Translations under genes and position numbers: made by a program
Notes under the pieces: generated by a model
What the model was told of the DNA's origin: nothing
Seen by the model: the letters and a program-made list of their open reading frames with translations, nothing else
The model's database searches: none
Virus record (IMG/VR): IMGVR_UViG_3300044731_001604
Coordinates: 32,001 to 96,000 of that record
Source of the DNA: a virus
Strand: one strand, 5' to 3'
Length of the DNA stretch: 64,000 nucleotides
In this document: piece by piece, positions 8,038 to 16,553 of the stretch
How positions within the stretch are numbered: position 1 is the first letter of the stretch
Layout: every line of letters begins with the position of its first letter

Positions 8038-8279
8038 AAAAGCGAGATCGGTTACTAGATAACACAATGAGTCGGTTAATAGATCTTTTAGAAGACAGGC
8101 TTGAGAATAAGATAGTGGATTATTTGGGTTGTCAGTTAGATGATAAGTTATATTATGAGTTTAGAAGTGAGTTAAGAATTAAGTTTTATGATCGGTTAGT
8201 AGATCAAATGAATAATCAACTAAGACATCATTTAAGGACGCAAGTATATGGAGTCGAGAGAAAACATAGAAATATTTGA
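8034..8279 (+). CDS. MKKRxQ-family small protein A28, repeat still visible in DNA
   Basis: MKKRDRL; recurrent GATCGGTTA-like units. Confidence 0.8.
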   Translation: MKKRDRLLDNTMSRLIDLLEDRLENKIVDYLGCQLDDKLYYEFRSELRIKFYDRLVDQMNNQLRHHLRTQVYGVERKHRNI

Positions 8280-8427
8280 TTATACTCGTATAATAATGAG
8301 ATCGTCATATTTTTCTTCTAACAAAATTATATTTGAAACAGATCAAAAGCTCATGTGTATGCTAATTCCATTTTTTCTAGAAATGAGGCAGCAAATCAGG
8401 GAGCATATTACGGGCAATTGCAAATGA
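8248..8427 (+). CDS. Divergent family member A29 (59 aa)
   Basis: Not in track; MESRENI...MRQQIREHI; fills the gap and ends in an ATGA overlap. Confidence 0.55.
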   Translation: MESRENIEIFDYTRIIMRSSYFSSNKIIFETDQKLMCMLIPFFLEMRQQIREHITGNCK

Positions 8428-8603
8428 AGAAACGTAAACAGATTTTCTTGAAGGAATATAACCGCGTATTTACTAAAATGGGTATGCCACTTCCGTCTTC
8501 AGTTGAAGAGGCGGTAGAAACTCAGTTAAAAGATAAGCTTAGGGATGAATTGTTACACCAACTTAGGCTTCACGTTAAAACCCATTTAATGGAAATGAAA
8601 TGA
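8424..8603 (+). CDS. MKKRxQ-family small protein A30
   Basis: Start revised to MKKRKQI. Confidence 0.8.
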   Translation: MKKRKQIFLKEYNRVFTKMGMPLPSSVEEAVETQLKDKLRDELLHQLRLHVKTHLMEMK

Positions 8604-8794
8604 TTAAAAGAAAAATGATACAATACAATTTTAAGACTTTGTTCCACGATTGCCTGTATTCTCAACTTGAGCCAATATTGTATCATAGGCTAAGAGACAG
8701 CTTAAACCATAAGCTTCAGCACTATACGCATAACCCACTTAAGATAGAGCTTTACTATCACATGAATGAAAAGAAAAGCTCCAATTCTAATTAA
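8600..8794 (+). CDS. MKKRxQ-family small protein A31
   Basis: MIKRKMI start; stop overlaps the convergent gene's stop. Confidence 0.8.
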   Translation: MIKRKMIQYNFKTLFHDCLYSQLEPILYHRLRDSLNHKLQHYTHNPLKIELYYHMNEKKSSNSN

Positions 8795-11700
8795 GCAACA
8801 CCAACTGGTTGATATTCAACAGAAATTGCCCATTGAATAGTCGCACCACTAGTACCATAAACAACCGCAACAACATCATTACCTGAAAGAGCAAATGTAA
8901 TTGCATAGTCGCTACCATCGCCATCATATCCATTGATGTTTGAGATAGGGCTTCCAGCAGCTTGAGCCGTTCCACCTGATCTGTAGAAAGTTCCCTCTAA
9001 AGCAAATGAACTAACACCGAGTGGGCCATCGCTTCTTCTAGCAACTGCATTAACTTTAATTCTATAAGAATAGTTATCAGATAAAGTAACTTCAGATCCG
9101 CTAATGATTGTACCAGTAGCTCCAACAACAACTTGCGCAGCAGTTTTTCTAGTTACCGCTGAGTCTGGATGAGATGAATGAGTTTTAAGTTTCTCTACAC
9201 CAGTCCAAACTTCTTTTGGTTTATTGTTTTCTCTACCGATTACAAAGCTTTGGTCTGTAGATTCATTGAATATTCCACCAAGCGCACTTGTTCCGCCAGC
9301 GATTGCAATTGAACCTCTGTTAATGAAACTTGTTTCGCCACCGTTTACGTTTGAAGCAGTTATATTAACCGGTCTTCCTGGGGAAGTTTGAATATCAGCG
9401 CCAGTATTATAAGCCGCTTGTAAACTGATGTCAGCAGATTTAGCTGCTAATACAGATCCATAAGAAGCCATGGCTCTGAAACGGAGTCTAGTATTAGGTG
9501 GTAAAGTACGCTTAAGTCTGATCTTAGCTTTTGGGCCACCAAACGTTTCAACGTAATCGTAACCAGCTTCTCTGATTCCATCATTAACAATAACTAAAAG
9601 CTCTTCGCCAGTTAAGCTCAACTCAGTTGTTTGTTTATAAACTGAATGTGCTCCGTAAGTACCGATACCGCCAGCAGAAAGAACTTCTGTACGTTTATTC
9701 GGTGGAAGAACTAATTCTGTTCCAGTATCACCAAGTGGTGCTGGATCTCCATAAAGTGATACGCCAGCAAAAGGACCATCACCTGGGTTATTCACGGTTC
9801 CTACCATATTGCCGTTTTGGTAAATGCTTGTACCATCAGCAAAGGTACCATTAACTATGTTAATGACAATTGAATTACTACCTTGTAGACCGCCCGGCAT
9901 AACGATAGAAGCAGATTCTATTGTTTCAGTTACATCGGCACTTCCGTGAAGAACCCAGGCTAGGGAGGTGGGACTTTCGATTGAACCTTGGTAGATGTAA
10001 CTGCCTGAGCGTATAATATCTCCGCCAAAATTTGGCGTAAAATCCATTTTTTGTATATAGACAGACTCATCGTATACTGGTCTCTTAAGAGCAGTATTGA
10101 TGCTCCCAACATTCCTGTCCTGTTTTCTATGTGCCAAAGTCAAATTGTCTTGGTCTTCAATGTGCTGATTAACTTGGTAATAAGCCAAAGTATCACTAAC
10201 ACTTAAAGCTGAAATATTTTGATCAACTATAACTGTAATAGACGACAATGGGAATTTAACTGTGTAATAATGGTGATTTCCACTTAAGTCAATAAACTCA
10301 AGCTTATCACCAGTTTGATAACCTAAAAGGTTTGAAGCACTCAAAGTAATCATTTGAGTTTTAGCGTCTAATGCTATAACCTCAACTTGAGATTTATAGA
10401 TGTAAGATCCGCTAGCATCTGCAATACTGTAGTTTGGATTAACTGCAGATTCAGTCATCGCACCAGTGTAAACTAAGTGGTTTGAACCTTGGTTATCGTT
10501 AACCTGTCTTACTTCACCTGGCTCCATCTCTAAAGATCTGAAGTAAACTTTAGCAGAATTATTGTTATCTCTACGTAATGCAAACCAGTAGATATCTGAA
10601 GAGTTTTCAACTAGATAATGCTTAGTAACAAAAACGTCAGAGTAAACACCTTTAGTATAAACCATAGCGCCAGTGTTAGCTGGTCTGTGTACTGTGCTAG
10701 GTGCTTGGCCATCGTTTCCGACTAAGATCATAGATGATGTTGAGATGCTGCCAATTTTTAACCAATGAGAATCTTCTTCATTAGCAAACTTAACAAAGTC
10801 TCCTACTTCTAATAGATTACCGCTGATATCTAAGAAGTTACCAGCAATTGTAGCACTTCCGCCCAATGTACTGTAAACAACACCATTAGAGATTGGTTGA
10901 TTTCTTTCTAACTTAACAAAAGCAACTTCGCCATCTTCCAAGAAAGCTGTGCCAGTTACGCCACTTGTGTTAAACTTGTTAGCTTCAGGTGAAGATCCAG
11001 TAGTATCTACTGTAGCAGTTTGTGGAATAGTGATAGCTAAATCACCGACAACAGACTTAACAACCATGTCACCAGTCCATTGAACCGGACCTGCGTATGG
11101 ATTATTGTCGAAATTTAAGAATACATTTTGGATACCAGTGTTAGTGAAATCAGTTCCGCTTGGGATCTCAGTAGTGCTAGTTAATTTAAATGATGTAGCA
11201 TCAATGTAAGTTAACGTAACTAGCTTATATGCTTTAATAAAAGGAGATAAATTTGAATCGCCATGAATAACAACTGTAGTTGATGGGTTAGAAACTAAAC
11301 CATGATCAACAGTAGTAGTTACTTTAACTTCAGTAGCAGAAAGCTTTTGGATAGAAACAATTCTATTTGGATTAGCTACAGTAGTTTCAGCAACAACTGT
11401 ATCAAAACAGATATCACCACTAGCACTGAATAATTCAGGTAATGCGCTATCTTGTCCAACTGTGTATTGAGCTTTATCGCCAGCGATACAGAAAATTGCT
11501 TGATTAGTTGTATTGTAAGTATTTGAAATAGCGCCAGTAACAGTTGTAATAACTTTGTGGAAAGCTATCTCAGCGTAACCGCCAGTATTAATTTGTGTAA
11601 TTGCTGGATATCCTAGATCAACTGTGATATCTTCACTTACCCCAATGCTTTCAATAGTTTTAATACCGCTAGCTTCTCTATTAGGAGCGCCGATAACTAC

Positions 11701-13542
11701 TAAGTCAGATAATAAAACAACTTGTTTAGCAATAAAGCTAGTGCCAGATGGTAAGGCAACTATAGTAGATGAGATAAATAAAGTATTTGTAGCAACATTA
11801 ATATCTAAGATGTAAGCATAACCGCCAGTGATGTTTGCATCAGTAATTTTCATACCGTTTTCAAATGAAGAGATATTACCAGAAGTTACTGCTATATAGT
11901 TAGCGCCACCAACAAAAACAGTTGTACCTGTAACTGGAGCTTTAAACGTATTTCTTGGAATAGTTAAAACAGCAAAGCCAGGGGTTGCATCCATAGTAGC
12001 ATTTGTGATTTCTAACGGTGAAGTAAATGGATGTCTAACTGTTTGATCAGTTAAATCAACGCCATTGGTACCGCTTACAGTTGCTACACCGCTTTGTTGT
12101 TTATTAACAGCATAAGTTAAAACATTGCCTTGGATCTTTAAAATTCTGTGTGTTCCAGTAGCTGAATCATCTGCTGCAGAAATGCCAGAAACTTTAATGA
12201 ATTGACCAGGCGCGAAGTTGGCGATGTTAGAAACATTGATACTAATTAAAGAAAACGAAAAATCTGATACAGAGTTAGTTACGTTCTCATAACTCCAGCT
12301 ATTGATATTACCAGCAGTAGTGCTAGATGATTTTCTTTGTAAAGTACCAAGTCTAGCTGTGTTATGTGGCTCATCAATTAAAAGCCAGCTAGCAGAAGAT
12401 GGTCTAAACTTGCGTCTGAATCTTAAGCTCTCTGAATAAACAAAACCAGCAGAAGTCAATGAGTTAATTAAGGTGCTGTTATTATTAAATGAAGTAACTG
12501 TAGCTTTAACACCAGAAGTAGCACCCTCAACATACGCATCACCAGATAAAACAGTTGAATCAGTGAATGATGACTGATAGTTACCATCAGTTGGAGTAGT
12601 AGTCTCTAAAACTAAGTTGTAAGAAATAGCGCCAGAACCAGTTAAAACTGATCCAACAGAATCCCACCAAACGCTATTAATAGTTGGTGAACCAGAACCT
12701 GCAACAGAGTTTGTATACCAGTAGTTTGACCCAGTTATCTCTTTTAATCGGGTCATGATGCTATCCATCCAATCCTTAAGATTTTTGATAGCAAAATCAC
12801 CGTAGTCAAAAGCTTGAACGTCTTTACCAGGAGTTACAGAAACTGGATTAGCTCCAACAACGTCTGAAGTCCATTCTTTTCTTCCATCTAATGTTTGGGT
12901 ATTTGTTAAGTTGCCCCAGTTGAAAGAATTAGCTGGATCTGGGTTAGCTCCACCAGAACCTAAACGAAATAAGTTTTGAGTTGCTTTTGTAATAGAAGAA
13001 ACTTTACCGTTAACATCAGTATAAACTATGTATAGAGGTAAATAAGTACTGAAACCAATTGGAGAAATAATATAACGGTATTCTAATACTTTACCGATAG
13101 CTGTGCTTCTTTGGTATTCTAATTTTTGAGATGCAGACCATCCGCTCATTGCGTCGATAGTCGAAGTATCTGTAACGCGTCTGTAATCCAAAGAGACATA
13201 GTTCGCAACACCTGATTGGAATGAACCGATAACTTTATTATTGCTTGAATCTAAGATATCGTTTGCAGTTCCAGCAGGTACGGTCAAGATTGTTCCAGAT
13301 TCAGATGCAGTTGAATGTAAGATTGCTGAATCAGAAACTTCTATTTCAAGGTTAGTTGCAGCAATTGCATTTTGAGGAATTTTTATTCTGAATCCTCTGA
13401 TAAGATAAGGTTTATTTAAACCAGTTACCATACCTCGGATAAAAGAATCAAAATCATATGCAACCGAAGACTCGATGCTCTTTACATGAGAAACATCTAA
13501 TCTTGCACCACTAAAAAAATTTAGTCTACGTTTTACGCTCAC
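8791..13542 (-). CDS. Large baseplate/tail-associated structural protein (1583 aa)
   Basis: G/S/T-rich beta-type sequence, follows baseplate genes, late motif upstream. Confidence 0.65.
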   Translation of the reverse strand: MSVKRRLNFFSGARLDVSHVKSIESSVAYDFDSFIRGMVTGLNKPYLIRGFRIKIPQNAIAATNLEIEVSDSAILHSTASESGTILTVPAGTANDILDSSNNKVIGSFQSGVANYVSLDYRRVTDTSTIDAMSGWSASQKLEYQRSTAIGKVLEYRYIISPIGFSTYLPLYIVYTDVNGKVSSITKATQNLFRLGSGGANPDPANSFNWGNLTNTQTLDGRKEWTSDVVGANPVSVTPGKDVQAFDYGDFAIKNLKDWMDSIMTRLKEITGSNYWYTNSVAGSGSPTINSVWWDSVGSVLTGSGAISYNLVLETTTPTDGNYQSSFTDSTVLSGDAYVEGATSGVKATVTSFNNNSTLINSLTSAGFVYSESLRFRRKFRPSSASWLLIDEPHNTARLGTLQRKSSSTTAGNINSWSYENVTNSVSDFSFSLISINVSNIANFAPGQFIKVSGISAADDSATGTHRILKIQGNVLTYAVNKQQSGVATVSGTNGVDLTDQTVRHPFTSPLEITNATMDATPGFAVLTIPRNTFKAPVTGTTVFVGGANYIAVTSGNISSFENGMKITDANITGGYAYILDINVATNTLFISSTIVALPSGTSFIAKQVVLLSDLVVIGAPNREASGIKTIESIGVSEDITVDLGYPAITQINTGGYAEIAFHKVITTVTGAISNTYNTTNQAIFCIAGDKAQYTVGQDSALPELFSASGDICFDTVVAETTVANPNRIVSIQKLSATEVKVTTTVDHGLVSNPSTTVVIHGDSNLSPFIKAYKLVTLTYIDATSFKLTSTTEIPSGTDFTNTGIQNVFLNFDNNPYAGPVQWTGDMVVKSVVGDLAITIPQTATVDTTGSSPEANKFNTSGVTGTAFLEDGEVAFVKLERNQPISNGVVYSTLGGSATIAGNFLDISGNLLEVGDFVKFANEEDSHWLKIGSISTSSMILVGNDGQAPSTVHRPANTGAMVYTKGVYSDVFVTKHYLVENSSDIYWFALRRDNNNSAKVYFRSLEMEPGEVRQVNDNQGSNHLVYTGAMTESAVNPNYSIADASGSYIYKSQVEVIALDAKTQMITLSASNLLGYQTGDKLEFIDLSGNHHYYTVKFPLSSITVIVDQNISALSVSDTLAYYQVNQHIEDQDNLTLAHRKQDRNVGSINTALKRPVYDESVYIQKMDFTPNFGGDIIRSGSYIYQGSIESPTSLAWVLHGSADVTETIESASIVMPGGLQGSNSIVINIVNGTFADGTSIYQNGNMVGTVNNPGDGPFAGVSLYGDPAPLGDTGTELVLPPNKRTEVLSAGGIGTYGAHSVYKQTTELSLTGEELLVIVNDGIREAGYDYVETFGGPKAKIRLKRTLPPNTRLRFRAMASYGSVLAAKSADISLQAAYNTGADIQTSPGRPVNITASNVNGGETSFINRGSIAIAGGTSALGGIFNESTDQSFVIGRENNKPKEVWTGVEKLKTHSSHPDSAVTRKTAAQVVVGATGTIISGSEVTLSDNYSYRIKVNAVARRSDGPLGVSSFALEGTFYRSGGTAQAAGSPISNINGYDGDGSDYAITFALSGNDVVAVVYGTSGATIQWAISVEYQPVGVA

Positions 13543-13570
13543 GGCAATACCTCGAATTTTATGTATCTAT

Positions 13571-13579
13571 AAGATTAGG
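13571..13579 (-). promoter_or_regulatory. Late-promoter-like motif CCTAATCTT
   Basis: Directly after upstream TAG. Confidence 0.7.
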
Positions 13580-14068
13580 CTAAATTGCAAATCCAGGAGT
13601 GGCGTACATACCGTCAAACTGTAGCGCAACCTCAACTAATCCTTTGGCAGAAACCCCAAGAGTATATGAGCCAATTTTACAATAATCAGCCGAAAGTACT
13701 AGGTTTTGGGTAGATCTGTCGTATATTCTAATGTGCATGTATTTAGATAAAGCAGCAATGTTATTGCTCTGTTTTCCGCCCTCAACATCATTAGATGATG
13801 GGCCAGATTTTTGTCTGTGGGGAACTAGCCCCATGCTTTCAACTGTCGAGCCTTTTGGTAAGAATATAGTCATTGACCCTTTAACAAAAGATGCAGCCGC
13901 ACCTTGAGCTATTTCAGTAGGTAAAACTGAGTCAACTCCATAAGTTACCTTCTGACCATTTACAACAGAGAAGTTCAAATTCTTAACGAATCCAATAGTT
14001 TTTTCATCGCCTGATTCATAGGCCACGCGCATAACTAGCGACGCGCCAGTATGTGTTTTCGGTGTCAT
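13580..14068 (-). CDS. Tail-tube-like protein (possible tube initiator)
   Basis: Similar layout to 46468..46971 (GA..., IGF..N.NFS, ..YGVD....EI, final CKI/CKV strand). Confidence 0.55.
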   Translation of the reverse strand: MTPKTHTGASLVMRVAYESGDEKTIGFVKNLNFSVVNGQKVTYGVDSVLPTEIAQGAAASFVKGSMTIFLPKGSTVESMGLVPHRQKSGPSSNDVEGGKQSNNIAALSKYMHIRIYDRSTQNLVLSADYCKIGSYTLGVSAKGLVEVALQFDGMYATPGFAI

Positions 14069-14313
14069 GCGTTACCTCCAAAATTAACGTAAGGTGGAAT
14101 AGTACCAAAATCTATTCCAAACTTGCTTTTGCTTAAGTTTGCGATAATCTTAAGCTTTTCCCGTGAACGCGATAACGCATCTTTAATATCATCAATGTTT
14201 CCTGCGTATGGACCTAAGTCTTCTAAATCACTAAGCTCTTCAGCAAGGTTGATGTACTTATAAAGCTCAGCCTCATATAAAGATCTAATAGTGTATTCAT
14301 CAGAAGACATCAT
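14065..14313 (-). CDS. Hypothetical protein
   Basis: ATGA-coupled within the baseplate operon. Confidence 0.6.
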   Translation of the reverse strand: MMSSDEYTIRSLYEAELYKYINLAEELSDLEDLGPYAGNIDDIKDALSRSREKLKIIANLSKSKFGIDFGTIPPYVNFGGNA

Positions 14314-16535
14314 TCAGGACCCCACACCCATAGAGCATCGCTAACCTTTGTATCAGTACTAACAAGAGATTCGCCTGCGTTACCTAGACCAACATCGCCA
14401 GGATAAATAATAATAACTTCTAATTTAATACCTAAAGCCGTGATTTGTATAATTAAATCGTTGGCAAAAATTCTTCCACCACTTGTTCCTGTGATATACG
14501 GAGCATAATCTGACCCGTCCATTTCTGGCTCATAAGCAATAATGTCAGATAGAAGCGTTATGTCTGTACCAACTTCTTGTGTATATTTAAAAGAATAAGA
14601 CGAATCCATAACTAAGGTACTAACAGCAGATTCAACTAAAGGAGTTGATGTCCCAGAATTTTCATAAAAAGTACCAGATACTGGATTAGTGAAAGTATAG
14701 ATATTAGCAGATGGAACTGATTCAACCGTCCAAGAATTATTGAAATTAGTTGTGCCAGCTATTAGCACGTCTTGGCCAACAACAGCGCCATGTGAACTAG
14801 CAGTTGTAACAGTTACAGTATTTCCAACCTGAGATATAGAGCTTATTGTTACAGCAGCAACACCAGAAGCAGTTTGAGCTGCGATGTATTTAACTGGGCT
14901 CTCTTCATTGTCTTGGTTTAATGAAAACAATAAGTTACCTTGCTCATTAGGCAAAACACCTTCAATTAAAAGCGTGTTTCTTTTCTCCCCAGCTAAAACC
15001 TTTTCTCTTAACTTAACCATTGTAGACGTCAAAGTAAACTTGTTTTCAGAGTTTACAATATAAGGTCCTAGGAACGAATTTGCTGTATCGTCTGTGGCCA
15101 CAACTGTTTGAATTCCAATAATCTTATCAGTTAGTTGCATTCCATTGATAACGCCATAAGGAAGATTGTGATTAGTTTTAGTAATAATAGTTACGTAACC
15201 ATTTTCTCTAGTGATCGTCTCTATGTCTATTACATTAGAATCCCAAGTAAGTGTTCCATTAGTAGATGAAACATCGTAACCATTTGTTTGATACCTAACA
15301 GTATTATAAGAAACAACGTGAACCTTTTCTGAATCAACTGTAGCTGACCCGAAAGATCCGTTTAATTCACTATCACCATATTTTAAATGTAAGTGAGCTG
15401 CACCAATCAAGTTTCTTTCAACCACATTTGTGGTAGCCGGCATGTAAACTTTTAATAAAGAATCCTGTGGCTCCCATGCTAACGAATATCTCATCTGAGA
15501 ATAAGGAGTCGCTTTCTTAGGTAAGAAAAACTTCAAATCATCATAAGAGCTTTGCGTAAGAGTAATTGTATAAGTTTTAGACGGAGTGTTAATCGGTGCC
15601 GGCAAGTTGGGTGTGCTTGATGCTAGTGGAGAGTTGCCTTCCATAGAAAACTCAAAATACCCAGCACTATATGAAATAGTGTTAGCCGGCGGAACAACTG
15701 CCGTAATAGTGTAAGTACCAACGAAACCAGCAGTTTCAAACTGTGGTCCATATAATAACAATGTGTCGCCAACTAATACTTTATCTAAAAGTGGGGCAGA
15801 GCCAGAAACCCAGCGGAAGCGATGAGTTGAACCGACGTTTCTAGTTATTTCCCAAACAGTGTCATTATAAGTTAAAACGGTTGCTCTCATTGTTGGAAAT
15901 TCTAATTTAGATTGGATCTTGCCGCCAAGAACTTTAATATAAGAAAAAGGACCTTTTGCCCCACCGTATATCTCAACATATTGTAATTGTGTATCTTGGT
16001 CAGTGTAAACTTGAGCAAATCCATTAGAGCCATTTTGTCTGATGAATCGTGTAATGATATCGGCCACTTCACCTGGGGTAGCATTCTGAATATTTTCAAA
16101 CTCATCACCGATCAAGGTAAGAGTTAGCGCTTCACCGTTTTCTAGTTCAAATATTAAATCATCACCAGCTTCAAATGAATAAGAGCCTGGGACACCGGAT
16201 GTTACATGCGCTCTGACTGCCTCATTCCCATAGAACGTGGTCAGAATATTATGGATTGATTCTATAACCTGTTTAGATTGATTAATAGATATACCCAATT
16301 GTCTGTATGCTACATCCGACATCCCAAGTTCTTGTGGTCTAACTATTCCAATTTCTGAAAACTGTTTGTCCAAGTAGATATCTTCTGCCGTTGATTTATA
16401 TAATTGATTGTTTACCGAAACGGATAAATCATCTTGCTTTTGTAACTGGTCTGCAATAGCTTGCAGTAGGGCCTCTGAGTTGGGCCCTGTTATCCAATTA
16501 CTTATGTATTGTCTAAGTTGAGTTAATTTATCCAT
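14310..16535 (-). CDS. Baseplate wedge-associated protein (741 aa)
   Basis: Follows baseplate J; ISSISQVGNTVTVTTASSHGAVVGQDVLIAG beta module. Confidence 0.55.
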   Translation of the reverse strand: MDKLTQLRQYISNWITGPNSEALLQAIADQLQKQDDLSVSVNNQLYKSTAEDIYLDKQFSEIGIVRPQELGMSDVAYRQLGISINQSKQVIESIHNILTTFYGNEAVRAHVTSGVPGSYSFEAGDDLIFELENGEALTLTLIGDEFENIQNATPGEVADIITRFIRQNGSNGFAQVYTDQDTQLQYVEIYGGAKGPFSYIKVLGGKIQSKLEFPTMRATVLTYNDTVWEITRNVGSTHRFRWVSGSAPLLDKVLVGDTLLLYGPQFETAGFVGTYTITAVVPPANTISYSAGYFEFSMEGNSPLASSTPNLPAPINTPSKTYTITLTQSSYDDLKFFLPKKATPYSQMRYSLAWEPQDSLLKVYMPATTNVVERNLIGAAHLHLKYGDSELNGSFGSATVDSEKVHVVSYNTVRYQTNGYDVSSTNGTLTWDSNVIDIETITRENGYVTIITKTNHNLPYGVINGMQLTDKIIGIQTVVATDDTANSFLGPYIVNSENKFTLTSTMVKLREKVLAGEKRNTLLIEGVLPNEQGNLLFSLNQDNEESPVKYIAAQTASGVAAVTISSISQVGNTVTVTTASSHGAVVGQDVLIAGTTNFNNSWTVESVPSANIYTFTNPVSGTFYENSGTSTPLVESAVSTLVMDSSYSFKYTQEVGTDITLLSDIIAYEPEMDGSDYAPYITGTSGGRIFANDLIIQITALGIKLEVIIIYPGDVGLGNAGESLVSTDTKVSDALWVWGPE

Positions 16536-16543
16536 ATACCTAA

Positions 16544-16552
16544 AAGATTAAG
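16544..16552 (-). promoter_or_regulatory. Late-promoter-like motif variant CTTAATCTT
   Basis: 8 nt before the ATG at 16535. Confidence 0.55.
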
Positions 16553-16553
16553 G

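Noticed and set aside
2866-8794. Diversity-generating retroelement with A11 as template
   Set aside because: No reverse transcriptase in the window, members differ at all four bases, and no pair differing only at adenines was seen; an RT elsewhere in the genome cannot be excluded
2866-8794. MKKR starts as Sec signal peptides
   Set aside because: No hydrophobic h-region follows the basic residues
2866-8794. One long gene fragmented by stop-codon recoding or decay
   Set aside because: Successive ORFs change frame, each has its own conserved start, and TAA, TGA and TAG all end long genes elsewhere in the window
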